Shown here piece after piece: positions 29,072 to 38,588 of a stretch of DNA of 59,525 nucleotides. Origin of the DNA: a virus (Duplodnaviria; Caudoviricetes); IMG/VR virus record IMGVR_UViG_3300022214_000006, positions 1-59,525 of that record; one strand, written 5' to 3'. Numbering within the stretch: position 1 is the first letter of the stretch; each line of letters starts with the position of its first letter. The position numbers and the translations under genes were made by a program. The notes under the pieces are model-generated. The model saw only the letters and a program-made list of their open reading frames with translations. It searched no databases and was not told where the DNA came from.

Positions 29072-29817
29072 ATCTCAATCACCAGTTCAGGATTAAATTT
29101 CTTATTCTCACTACCACGCGAAGTCACATATCCTCTAGGATTACAAACAACTCTAGTGCCATTTGAGGTATAGTCCATACAGTCATGAGTATGTCCATGA
29201 ATCCACAGGTCACAGAAACCAAACATACCATCAAGATTAGACGCAAAGCAAGCCGATAGCAGGTCATTCTTGAACCTATCTGCAACACTCTGCATTGACG
29301 GGCAGTGATGCGTAACTACTACAGTCTTACCGTCGAACGGTTCAGACAGTTTAAGCTTCAACCATTTCACTGACTCTTCATGCAGTTCTTGTGACATCTT
29401 GGCTGTGAACAGTTTACCGTCTTCACGGATCAATCTGAAGTCGTTAAGCCCTCGCTGGGCGGCTTGGAGTGCGTAAGGCTCCTGATCGTAGCCGAACAGT
29501 CTGAAATCAGTCCACAAGGTCGCTCCGAGGAAGCGGACATTGTTTAGGATTACTTCGGAGCTGTCTAAGAGATGTATTCCTGTTTCAATGGCTGTAATAC
29601 CCATTGCCAGTTTAACATCAGATTTGTCAAAATTATAAAACTCATGATTACCTATCACCATTACGATTTCTTTATCAGGCCAAGTCTTTCGCGCCCAGTC
29701 AACCCCGTTTGAAGATTTTCCAATGTCACCCGCGAGTACGATAACCTCTGCATCCGTTTTAGGTGGGATGAAGTTGGAGAATTCTAGGTGGATGTCGGAT
29801 AGGATTTGGACTTTCAT
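29068..29817 (-). CDS. Calcineurin-like metallophosphoesterase
   Basis: 'SDIHLE', 'LAGDI', 'GNHEFY', 'THH', 'WIHGHTH', 'NPRGY'. Confidence 0.9.
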   Translation of the reverse strand: MKVQILSDIHLEFSNFIPPKTDAEVIVLAGDIGKSSNGVDWARKTWPDKEIVMVIGNHEFYNFDKSDVKLAMGITAIETGIHLLDSSEVILNNVRFLGATLWTDFRLFGYDQEPYALQAAQRGLNDFRLIREDGKLFTAKMSQELHEESVKWLKLKLSEPFDGKTVVVTHHCPSMQSVADRFKNDLLSACFASNLDGMFGFCDLWIHGHTHDCMDYTSNGTRVVCNPRGYVTSRGSENKKFNPELVIEI

Positions 29818-30017
29818 ATCAAACAAAATATCACAAAAATAATTGGGGATATTAAGAAAATCCAAGCTATTGACGCAGCATATATCCCACTGGTGCCTGG
29901 ATGCTCACAAGTCAGACTTTTTATCCATTGCTCACGTTGTGAAGAACATGACCAATATATGCTAAATGCAGCCATAACTATTACAGGCATTATAAATACT
30001 ATTTGCCAAGGTTCCAT
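29814..30017 (-). CDS. Small membrane protein
   Basis: Two TM segments, coupled ORF. Confidence 0.55.
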   Translation of the reverse strand: MEPWQIVFIMPVIVMAAFSIYWSCSSQREQWIKSLTCEHPGTSGIYAASIAWIFLISPIIFVIFCLI

Positions 30018-30283
30018 TATTCCTCCGTCTGCCAGCCATGTAAAGCAATTTTAGGGTGTCCTTCAAATACCATGACAACTTTGTAATCGCGTCGTTTAAT
30101 TTCAACTTCGTCAGTATCGAAAGCTGAAATATCTGCTTGATATACTTCTTCACGTCCAATCTTTATGGCTTCAGTGATGTTTTCGGATTCCACTGCTGCT
30201 ACATACGTGTCCTTACCAAAAGGAGTTTCATTATACTTTGCAACATGTTCTGGTCTTAAAAATATTACGGTGTATGGTTTCAT
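30017..30283 (-). CDS. Hypothetical protein
   Basis: Coupled ORF. Confidence 0.6.
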   Translation of the reverse strand: MKPYTVIFLRPEHVAKYNETPFGKDTYVAAVESENITEAIKIGREEVYQADISAFDTDEVEIKRRDYKVVMVFEGHPKIALHGWQTEE

Positions 30284-30546
30284 TTACTCCACCTTTTATC
30301 ACGTTCACAAATCACATCTGCTGCATCATCCCCTAAAATAGTATACACTGGACATGACGAACAGCATCCATCTTCGTAGCCTTCGTCTGTATTATTCCAA
30401 CATACTGCTTTTTCTTTACGAAGAATTCTTTCAACTAACTTTTTAGCTTTTGTTTTTGTAAGAAACGTATAACATTTACATGGGTTAGATAATTCTTCAT
30501 ATTCGTCACTTGTAAGCAAAACAGAACCTTCTTCAATTTCAATCAT
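30280..30546 (-). CDS. Hypothetical Cys-rich protein
   Basis: Coupled ORF. Confidence 0.6.
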   Translation of the reverse strand: MIEIEEGSVLLTSDEYEELSNPCKCYTFLTKTKAKKLVERILRKEKAVCWNNTDEGYEDGCCSSCPVYTILGDDAADVICERDKRWSK

Positions 30547-30773
30547 TCCGGTCTCTCCAAATTCAAAAATTTATGCAGCTTCAAATTGTCCACGATATGT
30601 CCTTGAGCGTTCTTAACCAAGAAATCACCTGTACGCATGTCTACTCGGACTTCAAGATATTTCAGGTCAATCTGATCTAGCCATGCCGTGTGACGGTCGG
30701 CGGCTGCTTTCAGAGCCTGTGAAAACGTTGTGAAGTCTTTGTGGCTGTACCAGCCGTTTGATTGTGGAGTCAT
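30543..30773 (-). CDS. Hypothetical protein
   Basis: Coupled ORF. Confidence 0.6.
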   Translation of the reverse strand: MTPQSNGWYSHKDFTTFSQALKAAADRHTAWLDQIDLKYLEVRVDMRTGDFLVKNAQGHIVDNLKLHKFLNLERPE

Positions 30774-31274
30774 TCACCGACCGTCTACAACTGCTACAAG
30801 CTCTTTAATATCGCCGTTAAGATCATCAATCTTTTTAGACAGCTTTTTAGGCTTATTTTCTATTGCGTTCATCTCTTTGATTTCCTTTTCCAAACTCTTA
30901 ATATGCTGGAAAATTTCAGTATCCTCAACAAGACGTGAATCTTTACCATAAATCAGTGTAATATTTGCTACAGCTTTGTTCAACATGTCAAACTCCTTTT
31001 GATTATAAATTGTAACTTCTTTTGAATACCTATCTTCCACTTGTATTTCACCATCTGAGAAATGCTTTAGAATAAATACTAGAGCCTCTTTCATTCCATC
31101 AAAACGATCTGTCTTACGGTACATATACCAGTTGTAGGTATTTATCAGTTTGCCGGGGATTGATACTACATCCCACTTATCTAACAACGGGCGGTACTCC
31201 AAACTAATACTATACTTGGAATTTGCTGCGCGCCATTTAGCGTGATTTGTATTTCTAATTGGTTTTAGTAGCAT
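30774..31274 (-). CDS. Hypothetical protein with C-terminal coiled coil
   Basis: Coupled ORF, RBS GGAG. Confidence 0.65.
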   Translation of the reverse strand: MLLKPIRNTNHAKWRAANSKYSISLEYRPLLDKWDVVSIPGKLINTYNWYMYRKTDRFDGMKEALVFILKHFSDGEIQVEDRYSKEVTIYNQKEFDMLNKAVANITLIYGKDSRLVEDTEIFQHIKSLEKEIKEMNAIENKPKKLSKKIDDLNGDIKELVAVVDGR

Positions 31275-31275
31275 T

Positions 31276-31515
31276 TTATCTCCACCCTAACTGATATGCA
31301 AATTTCTCAGAATCCTCTGGCAACGATTTAATGTTCAAGCTTAAGGATTCCCCGTAACAATGAGGTTTACCCTCAATGAACCTCACAACCCCTGCTGAAA
31401 CAATATGTCCTTTATGCCTCAACATCGTATTCGCAAGATCACGATGAGTAACTAAATCTGTCCGACGAAATGCTACGAAACCAAGTTCGGAATGATTAAT
31501 GTATTTGTGTGTCAT
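31276..31515 (-). CDS. Conserved small phage protein
   Basis: 'SAG.V.......CYGES.SL.IKS..EDS' motif. Confidence 0.65.
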   Translation of the reverse strand: MTHKYINHSELGFVAFRRTDLVTHRDLANTMLRHKGHIVSAGVVRFIEGKPHCYGESLSLNIKSLPEDSEKFAYQLGWR

Positions 31516-31715
31516 TTACCTATCTCCATCATAAAATCAACCGTAAAATTCTCAACCCGGTCAAAATACCTTCCACGAGTTTGTTCTTCAATATTAGCAA
31601 CAAACTCGTACCAATTAGTAGTAATATCAACAGATACGACATCATTAAGACCACAACGAGTCAGCGGCTGTTCTGGATTAATCCATGAAACTTTTACGAA
31701 ATAGTCTTTAAGCAT
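31512..31715 (-). CDS. Hypothetical protein
   Basis: Coupled ORF. Confidence 0.55.
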   Translation of the reverse strand: MLKDYFVKVSWINPEQPLTRCGLNDVVSVDITTNWYEFVANIEEQTRGRYFDRVENFTVDFMMEIGK

Positions 31716-32143
31716 TTTTCACGCTCCTCCAAAAGTTCAGCATAAAACTGCCTGTAACGGATTACTCTTTCAAAATCTTTTTGACATACTGACTTCATTC
31801 GGCGGATGTCGGAGTTGTGGGTTAGGTCAGCCATTTTGACTTTTACGGCATCTGGGTTGGACTTTACTATATTCTTATAGGATTCGTAACTTTGACCGCG
31901 TTGTTTAGTCATTGTACAAATACCTGCTACAATCCGTTCATTCATCCCCGCAATAAATAGCTCTGCAATTGTTATCTCCGTGTCTTCCAAAAGATCGTGT
32001 CCTACGGCAATGCATTGCAACTCTTCATCATCAGTATTCAACAGCCGCATGACTTCGAGACAGTGCAGGAAATATGGCTTACCGGCTTTGTCGTATTGAC
32101 CTTGATGGGCTGTAGCGGCGATTGCAAGCATTTTGGAGAGCAT
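31694..32143 (-). CDS. HD-domain hydrolase (SpoT/Mesh1-like small alarmone hydrolase family)
   Basis: 'AH.GQ.DKAG.PY..H...V', 'HD.LEDT', 'VK.AD..HN'. Confidence 0.82.
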   Translation of the reverse strand: MLSKMLAIAATAHQGQYDKAGKPYFLHCLEVMRLLNTDDEELQCIAVGHDLLEDTEITIAELFIAGMNERIVAGICTMTKQRGQSYESYKNIVKSNPDAVKVKMADLTHNSDIRRMKSVCQKDFERVIRYRQFYAELLEEREKCLKTIS

Positions 32144-32152
32144 GGTTAGTCC

Positions 32153-32353
32153 TTAACCGTAGTAATCTTCATACATCTTCTCGGATTCAATCAAGTCCTC
32201 ATGAATGCATTTGTCGCACATTGTTCCCTGACCACGATTAGGCATAACACAAGCTCCGCATTGGCTGCAAATTGGATAGTCCTCAGCATCAACCATTTGA
32301 ATAAATCCAAATTCATTTGTGATTTCTCTGTAATTTCTGGAATCTACGCTCAT
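32153..32353 (-). CDS. Small Zn-finger protein
   Basis: CxxC...CxxC; RBS GAGGAG; consensus promoter upstream. Confidence 0.6.
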   Translation of the reverse strand: MSVDSRNYREITNEFGFIQMVDAEDYPICSQCGACVMPNRGQGTMCDKCIHEDLIESEKMYEDYYG

Positions 32354-32384
32354 ATTCTTCTCCTCTGTGATTTATTGAACGAAC

Positions 32385-32413
32385 ATTATAACCTGTTATG
32401 CACGGGCTGTCAA
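32385..32413 (-). promoter_or_regulatory. Consensus sigma70 promoter
   Basis: TTGACA-N17-TATAAT. Confidence 0.8.
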
Positions 32414-32417
32414 ATTA

Positions 32418-32459
32418 ATAATATGGCTTCAACTCTGCGATTTATTGAAGCCATATTAT
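32418..32459 (-). terminator. Hairpin after denV (probable terminator)
   Basis: 15-bp inverted repeat ATAATATGGCTTCAA/TTGAAGCCATATTAT. Confidence 0.5.
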
Positions 32460-32460
32460 A

Positions 32461-32901
32461 CTAAACTCCCTGCCCCAAGTCAAGCGATTTCCCACAATAC
32501 CTATACCATTCAGGCTTCATAGCAATTTTCTCAGCAATCCTGTTGCGAATAATCGTGATGGCTTCGGCAGTCGGTACATACCCCCCAAACAGTTTAGGAT
32601 TGCCAGCAAACACATCATCACTGTCAAAAGCCGATAACTCGTTGAACTGCACTCCACGGACTCTAAGCTCGGCCTTCAACTGTTCGTAACGGTCGGCAAG
32701 ATATTTACCCTTGTCGTAGAAGAACATAACGTGTCCTGTATTCAGCGTAAACCGGCTTGGGATACTCCGCTGAACGCCAATAAGCCCTCTAGCGCGCAGG
32801 CTACGGTTCAGGGCTTTCGGAACCATTTTGATTTCTCGGAACTCTGCGAATAGGTGTTGATCGGTTAGTTCTGAGGGTGGGAGTAGGTTGATGCGGGTCA
32901 T
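32461..32901 (-). CDS. denV: Pyrimidine-dimer DNA glycosylase / endonuclease V
   Basis: 'MTRINL....L.DQHL.AE.RE', 'F.L..GHV.FFYDK..YL..RY..L..E...RG', 'RI.EKIA.KP.WYRY' as in T4 DenV. Confidence 0.92.
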   Translation of the reverse strand: MTRINLLPPSELTDQHLFAEFREIKMVPKALNRSLRARGLIGVQRSIPSRFTLNTGHVMFFYDKGKYLADRYEQLKAELRVRGVQFNELSAFDSDDVFAGNPKLFGGYVPTAEAITIIRNRIAEKIAMKPEWYRYCGKSLDLGQGV

Positions 32902-33140
32902 GGTTAGTCTTTAACAGCCCTAATAGTTTCATCAGTATCCTTATCTAGCAGGAGGACACTACTCCACTCGTCAGAAGTAATAAGGCTACACCTATACTCC
33001 GTCAGAAGAGCCATAAGTTTTTCTCGGCACTCTTCAATGTCTCTCCTGCTTTCAGGGATTTTACATTTCATTTTTGAACTCCTTAATATTTTAGCGTTCG
33101 AACATTATCGCATTATTTTAGATTTTAGTCAAGGGGAGTT

Positions 33141-33404
33141 TTAATCTTCAAGTCTTTCTGTACTCAATATAGAGTATCCTTGTTCGATACCTTCAAAGTC
33201 ATTACCTGAAAGAATATATGTTATTCTGAGCAATAATGTTCTACCAGTAGTTTCGTATGGTTGACCAAGCCTACCATCAATTTCTACAAGTTTAATCTCA
33301 TCTCCAATTTTGAAGTCTCTATCATGTTTACGGATTTCAAAGTTCTTAATACCTGCCGATTGAGCATCAAAATATTGTGGGAGTATTTTTAAGTTGTGGC
33401 GCAT
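33141..33404 (-). CDS. ASCH/DUF3850 domain protein
   Basis: 'H.LKI.PQYF.A...G.K.FEIRK.DRDF..GD'. Confidence 0.85.
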   Translation of the reverse strand: MRHNLKILPQYFDAQSAGIKNFEIRKHDRDFKIGDEIKLVEIDGRLGQPYETTGRTLLLRITYILSGNDFEGIEQGYSILSTERLED

Positions 33405-33455
33405 TTTTATGACTTTCTAATTAAGGGATTGTTTTTTGGGGGTTTGGGGAGGGTT

Positions 33456-36035
33456 TTAATTCGTCAAATAATTAATCACTAACCCGATTTCTTCCTCAGT
33501 CATCTTCTGTTCCCACCGATCTTTAGGTAGGAATGGTAAACCTTTATTTGCTTCATCCAACTCAATCTGACCATAGGGTGCTTGTTCAGCATTCCACGGT
33601 TGATATGTTCGGCCAATAGCAATTGAGCAGTTCACCAAACACTTCTGAAAGAAATCATGGTCAAGCATGATTGTCCGTAGGTCTTTGATAAACTCCTGTG
33701 CCTGACTCTTGTGGCAACTGAAAACCAATTCATCGTGAACAGGGAACATAAAACGTGCATCATAGTTCTTTGTTTTAATAATTTTATTCATGTTCAAAAT
33801 TGTTCTCTTCGCCATCGTTGCGCAATACCCCTGCACTCTGGCATTCACTGACTGATTTCCTGAACGTGTTTGAATCTTTTTAATACAGAGGTTAGCGAAA
33901 TTTACCGCCCCAACCCCATAAGGTCGAAATTTATTACGGAAGGTGTCCGCCCATTCCTTTGTTGACTCATATCTATACCGTCGATGATGATCTGGGAGTT
34001 CAACAAATCCATTTCTTTTAGCTTCATCAATTGTGCCTATACGCCACGCTTCCATACCACTATAAAGAGTTCTAAATCGGTCAACCTTCTCCCAATGTTC
34101 TTCTGATGACCAGCCCATGACTGTTGCTGTAGAACCTAAAGCACCTGAAAATGCATATGAGAAGTTGGCCGATTTTCCAACATCTCTACGGAGAGCTTTT
34201 TTATCTGGGTGAATTTTGAATTCTTCTGGAGTCATTTCAAGGCAATATCCTGCTGTCAGAGAATGCATGTCATCATAGGGGATTGTAGAGAATGCTCGGC
34301 ACATTTCAATATCTCCAGAATATTCAGCCACAATTACCAATTCTATAGAATTCCAATCGCAAGAAATTACCAAATGATCTTCATTATCTGCCAAGAAAAA
34401 TCCGCGAACATACTCAGAAATTTTACCCTTCGGAAGCTGGCTTACATTCGGGTTAGACAGAGCCATTCGTCGCGTGTCAAGCTGGCTAGACAGCGTTGGA
34501 TACATCCGGCTAGTCTCAGGGTCAACGAGGTTCAAATAGTTCGTCAGGAACAGTTTAATGGTCGTGTCAATAGACCCAAGTTTCTTGAAGCATTCAAGAA
34601 CTCCTTTAATTGCATTGAAACGATCTTCTTCAATCTCGTGCTTACTCCGTACCAAACGTTCAAGCATCTTGTCTCGTGCATCACCATCTGATTGTGTCTT
34701 TCCATTCTCCTGAATATATGAAAGGTGGCAGAGGTCATAGAGCATCGTTCGCTGCGGCATGTAGTGGCTCAGGTTGACACCCTTAGACTCTTTCAAACCC
34801 TGTTCCTCAGCCCAAGCCTTAGACACTGGTGAGCGAACCTGATGGCACTGCTCAAATGAATCATCAGAATCAGGGGATGTTGCCCAATTAGTGATTGAAT
34901 CCCGATACTTCTGATAGCCCTTTGAAAACCATGAATCATACTTCAACAGTTTCTCATGTGGCTCATCATTGAATGGTAGCAGAACTTTTACATGGCTCTT
35001 CATCTCAGCCAGAACTTTTGCGTAATCTTCACGCTCAATGTCACGTTGCTTCAAGATTGCCTTCTGGTCAACTCTAATGCCTTCACACCATACCTGAGAG
35101 TACACCTGAGACATTGGAGCCTCTTGCTTCATAAATGTCTTCAGTACCTCGCTATTACCTTGAGTATTGATAAACTCTACGAGGGCATCCATAATCCATA
35201 CACAACACCAAGCATCATCTGCTCCATAACTAGATACTTCATCACCTGTCAGTTGACCCATGTGGGTCTTACCATTTAACACTTGGTCGAATGTGACTTG
35301 TTCATAGTTCAGGAATCGCTTGGAAAGTTTTTTAAGCCCATAACCGAATGCAAAATTCTTTACATAGCCACCATAACTGAACTCACTATCGGACTCTTTA
35401 GCGCAAACCTTCATCACCAGTTCTTGCTGCTCTGGAGTCATCGGCTTGCCCCACTGATACTCCGCGAACAGTTCTGGTGCTCCATGTCTCGTGGGAGAAG
35501 TCTTGCTGCTCATCAACTTCTTCAATCCAATCAAATCAGCTTCACGGAATTCCTGATGGTCGTAGGTGTCATTGTTGAATGCTGTGACAGCCAGTTGCAT
35601 CGTACATAGGACGCGCTTGCCCAAGTCATAGCCAAGTGAAGCCTGCATCATGGTCAATTCAAACGGGGCATTGTGACTGACAGTTGTGCAGGTGGGTGAA
35701 CGAGCATCTAGGATTTGTTTAGCCATAAACCAAGGCAAACGATTTTCCACATCTGCATGTGTTAGATTGACGTAGTAAGCGGTATCATCACCTTTTACGT
35801 AGATTGAGAATCCAGTTACGGTTGTTCGGCGGGTATCAAATACTAAAGACTTGTTGGATGCTCGTTTACCGTCTTCATTGACTGACATGAAACGATTGAG
35901 ACCTTCGTGGCGGTCAGGGTCGCAGGTTTCTATATCGAAACCACAAAAGGTTGCGGAAGCTATCTTGGAAATAATACTGGGCATAATTTCAGCCCAGTTT
36001 CGTAAATCAATTAATTGTGTTCTTGGAAAATCCAC
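33456..36035 (-). CDS. DNA polymerase, family A, with 3'-5' exonuclease
   Basis: Exo 'FDIET', 'HNAPFE', 'YGADDA'; motif A 'DWNSIELV', motif B 'R...KSANF', motif C 'VHDELVF'. Confidence 0.92.
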   Translation of the reverse strand: MDFPRTQLIDLRNWAEIMPSIISKIASATFCGFDIETCDPDRHEGLNRFMSVNEDGKRASNKSLVFDTRRTTVTGFSIYVKGDDTAYYVNLTHADVENRLPWFMAKQILDARSPTCTTVSHNAPFELTMMQASLGYDLGKRVLCTMQLAVTAFNNDTYDHQEFREADLIGLKKLMSSKTSPTRHGAPELFAEYQWGKPMTPEQQELVMKVCAKESDSEFSYGGYVKNFAFGYGLKKLSKRFLNYEQVTFDQVLNGKTHMGQLTGDEVSSYGADDAWCCVWIMDALVEFINTQGNSEVLKTFMKQEAPMSQVYSQVWCEGIRVDQKAILKQRDIEREDYAKVLAEMKSHVKVLLPFNDEPHEKLLKYDSWFSKGYQKYRDSITNWATSPDSDDSFEQCHQVRSPVSKAWAEEQGLKESKGVNLSHYMPQRTMLYDLCHLSYIQENGKTQSDGDARDKMLERLVRSKHEIEEDRFNAIKGVLECFKKLGSIDTTIKLFLTNYLNLVDPETSRMYPTLSSQLDTRRMALSNPNVSQLPKGKISEYVRGFFLADNEDHLVISCDWNSIELVIVAEYSGDIEMCRAFSTIPYDDMHSLTAGYCLEMTPEEFKIHPDKKALRRDVGKSANFSYAFSGALGSTATVMGWSSEEHWEKVDRFRTLYSGMEAWRIGTIDEAKRNGFVELPDHHRRYRYESTKEWADTFRNKFRPYGVGAVNFANLCIKKIQTRSGNQSVNARVQGYCATMAKRTILNMNKIIKTKNYDARFMFPVHDELVFSCHKSQAQEFIKDLRTIMLDHDFFQKCLVNCSIAIGRTYQPWNAEQAPYGQIELDEANKGLPFLPKDRWEQKMTEEEIGLVINYLTN

Positions 36036-36083
36036 GCTCTCACCAACCTTCTAAATTATTTTTAACTGTAAATCATAATGCGG

Positions 36084-36713
36084 TTATTCACAACGTTTAC
36101 TATTTCGCACGATAACCCAAAAGCAATGTGTGTTCTTTGCGTGATGCGCTGTTTTCCATCTACCACTTTTAAGATTTCCTCCGCACGGATCACGTTTAAT
36201 AATCAGGTCGCATGGTGTCATTCCAGATTCACGCACCGCTGCATTAAAAAGCTCAAGATTCCATTGATAGCGGTGGTTATGCACATAATCCTTGATCTTC
36301 GCAAAAATCAATCCGTCTTGTTTCAGCACTCGCTTTGCCTCTGCCAGAAATGGTGCGTGAAGTTCACCCACATTGTCGGCCTTTACACCTTTCCCAAGCC
36401 CGTAGTCCGTTCCATATCGTGCCAAAGATTTCGGGCTTGCCGCCGCATCAGGAAGGTGCGGGGGGTCATATACCAGCACATCCACGGTATTGTCGTCATC
36501 GGGTAGCGCATTCCACTCTGCAACAACATCAGGGTTCATTGCAGGGTCACGGTCGTAGTACGCGACTTTTGTTCCTGTCATGCAGCCCTTCCACATCCGG
36601 CGAGCGTTACAGCAAACATCAATTATTCTGTTTGCTTTCGGAGCGTAAAAGTCAAACATCGCATCAAGCAGTGCGTTGTCTTTGCCAATCCATACAGATT
36701 CAATTCTTGTCAT
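36084..36713 (-). CDS. Putative DNA methyltransferase
   Basis: 'IIDVCC..RRMW', catalytic-like 'YDPPH', 'EAKRVLK..G...AK'. Confidence 0.7.
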   Translation of the reverse strand: MTRIESVWIGKDNALLDAMFDFYAPKANRIIDVCCNARRMWKGCMTGTKVAYYDRDPAMNPDVVAEWNALPDDDNTVDVLVYDPPHLPDAAASPKSLARYGTDYGLGKGVKADNVGELHAPFLAEAKRVLKQDGLIFAKIKDYVHNHRYQWNLELFNAAVRESGMTPCDLIIKRDPCGGNLKSGRWKTAHHAKNTHCFWVIVRNSKRCE

Positions 36714-36803
36714 GTTATTTAAACCACGTAATTAAAGTTCCAATCAAAAAACATATTGTCCCTACCATATAAAACAATAATGATATTTTAACATTTTAAT
36801 CTC

Positions 36804-37028
36804 CTAAATTATCCTACCAATTTCCTGCCAACAATAATCCGCGAATGCCGTGTCAAACTCAGCAGTCTTGCCGGTGCGTTTTAGTTCGTAGAGGTCGTCC
36901 AGACAAATCTGACCGTTGTTCTGTTTAACACAATCATAGCCAAGATTGTCCATTGCTTCGATAAGTTCTTCTTCGGTGAAATCGTCTAAATTAATTTCTA
37001 CGTCTACTGAGATGTTTTTAGTGACCAT
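36804..37028 (-). CDS. Hypothetical protein
   Basis: Coupled ORF. Confidence 0.6.
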   Translation of the reverse strand: MVTKNISVDVEINLDDFTEEELIEAMDNLGYDCVKQNNGQICLDDLYELKRTGKTAEFDTAFADYCWQEIGRII

Positions 37029-37277
37029 TTAGAGTATCCTCATTCTACGCAACATTTTACGCCACCATTGGTCTTTCCGACACTCAGAAAACGTCTGAGT
37101 AACCATCCTGAATCGGCGCTGATGTTCAACCATATCACCAAATTCATAATCTACACGAATCCCTTCAAAAGTCCTGCGAGGTGTGCTCAGATATTTACCA
37201 CCCGTAGCACATAGGATTTCATGGAACTGTTGCCATTTTTCAATTTGTATCAGATCGTTGTGTGCTGTACTGGTCAT
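37029..37277 (-). CDS. Hypothetical protein
   Basis: Coupled ORF. Confidence 0.6.
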   Translation of the reverse strand: MTSTAHNDLIQIEKWQQFHEILCATGGKYLSTPRRTFEGIRVDYEFGDMVEHQRRFRMVTQTFSECRKDQWWRKMLRRMRIL

Positions 37278-37471
37278 GATATTCCCATTCTTTTGCTTAC
37301 AATATCAAAATACTCAGGTGATAACTCAATACCCAAAAATTCACGCTGGACACATTTAATAGCTTGCTCAAGTGTAAGCCCACGAGATACAAGATGAAAT
37401 ACTTGGTTAATCGAAGCTCCGCTGATACCGGCTGCACGGACTTGTGTGATTTCTGATGGGTGTGGTGTCAT
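37274..37471 (-). CDS. Small protein ending in a methyltransferase C-terminal remnant
   Basis: C-terminus 'FLGIELSPEYFDI..KR' mirrors the end of the MTase at 38739. Confidence 0.5.
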   Translation of the reverse strand: MTPHPSEITQVRAAGISGASINQVFHLVSRGLTLEQAIKCVQREFLGIELSPEYFDIVSKRMGIS

Positions 37472-37473
37472 GA

Positions 37474-37680
37474 TTATTTACCAACCTTATAACGCAAACC
37501 ATCAAATTCCTGTCTACCCTCACTCTTCGCGGAAGCTATTTGCAGTTTACGAAACTCTACATCTTTTTCAATCATGGCAACAGCTTCTTGAATATGTTGC
37601 AGCTCAAGTTTGCGACCGTCCAAATAAGCTTCAACATTTTTAAGATTATTTTCGTGCCATTCGATTTTATTTGTAGACAT
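37474..37680 (-). CDS. Hypothetical coiled-coil protein
   Basis: RBS GAGGAG; repeated promoter upstream. Confidence 0.65.
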   Translation of the reverse strand: MSTNKIEWHENNLKNVEAYLDGRKLELQHIQEAVAMIEKDVEFRKLQIASAKSEGRQEFDGLRYKVGK

Positions 37681-37706
37681 GATTATCTCCTCAATTAGTT
37701 TTCAAT

Positions 37707-37746
37707 TTAAGAACACTCATTATACACTAATTGATGAAATGTGCAA
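37707..37746 (-). promoter_or_regulatory. Repeated phage promoter, copy 1
   Basis: TTGCAC-N16-TATAATGAGTGTTCTTAA. Confidence 0.75.
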
Positions 37747-37752
37747 CTGATT

Positions 37753-37961
37753 AGTAACACATATTGAGAAATGGGCTGGGGACGATCCAGCGGCATCCTG
37801 TAATCCCGGTACTGTTCACATTGACCCAGTTGGCGTACTCGCGTTACAAATTACAAGTCGTCTTAGCCTAGCCCAGCTACTCCCTTTTCGCTCGGTAGAG
37901 GCTGACGACCCCATCTCCGCTATTCTGTTTCGCTTGCTACCATTCCTCAATATGCATTACT
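37753..37961 (-). ncRNA. Unknown structured ncRNA candidate (~210 nt)
   Basis: 22-bp closing stem whose three mismatches are G-U on the minus strand; GC-rich internal helices; starts right after a promoter; no ORF. Confidence 0.6.
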
Positions 37962-37963
37962 GA

Positions 37964-38003
37964 TTAAGAACACTCATTATACACGAACTGTAAAAATGTG
38001 CAA
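37964..38003 (-). promoter_or_regulatory. Repeated phage promoter, copy 2
   Basis: TTGCAC-N16-TATAATGAGTGTTCTTAA. Confidence 0.75.
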
Positions 38004-38008
38004 GCTGT

Positions 38009-38191
38009 TTATGCAGCCTCAGGGGAATCTGAATTCCCGTAGAACGCTTGCGGGTTGGTTCGTAGTAGCTCTACCTCTGCCGCAGTCAGTGCTCGACCAT
38101 TTTCAGTCTGTACGTGATCGGTGCATTGCCCTGACTGGTAGCGGCGATAGTCGTTGGGGTTTGTGGTGATTAAGACTAATGGTGTTGACAT
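38009..38191 (-). CDS. Hypothetical protein
   Basis: RBS AGGAG. Confidence 0.55.
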   Translation of the reverse strand: MSTPLVLITTNPNDYRRYQSGQCTDHVQTENGRALTAAEVELLRTNPQAFYGNSDSPEAA

Positions 38192-38367
38192 TTAACTTCT
38201 CCTTTGGATTTCATTTCAGTGTAAACGTCGAACAACCTATCAGCTACTTCAGGATTCTTGGCCGACACAACACATCCGGCACCTACTCCAAATACCAGAT
38301 TACCTTCTTGTCCGTCTGAGAACAGAATGTTTATACCTTGTGGTATTTGTGAGTAGGTGTAGTTCAC
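38176..38367 (-). CDS. Hypothetical protein
   Basis: GTGA coupling. Confidence 0.5.
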   Translation of the reverse strand: MNYTYSQIPQGINILFSDGQEGNLVFGVGAGCVVSAKNPEVADRLFDVYTEMKSKGEVKCQHH

Positions 38368-38588
38368 GATGCACCAACGAATACTTCATGGCCGCGAATT
38401 CTTTTCATTCGTGCTGCCCAGTCGATTCTACATTCATCATTACAGAAAAGTTTGGCTCCTTCTACGCACTCATCACAGTTGTAGCATCGTTGACGCGGCA
38501 GGAGTTTATGTTCAACGCGCCTGTTCGCTTCTATTGCCCTTTCAACAAAATCTTGACTTAGTTGTTGAGCCTGATCTATTTCATCCAT
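38364..38588 (-). CDS. TraR/DksA-like C4 Zn-finger protein
   Basis: N-terminal 'MDEIDQAQ' (D..D.A tip motif) + 'CYNC.......FC..EC'. Confidence 0.7.
   Translation of the reverse strand: MDEIDQAQQLSQDFVERAIEANRRVEHKLLPRQRCYNCDECVEGAKLFCNDECRIDWAARMKRIRGHEVFVGAS

Noticed and set aside
33427-33455. C-rich tracts after several stop codons (also near 38716 and 58975)
   Set aside because: Low complexity with no consistent motif; not enough to call a site.
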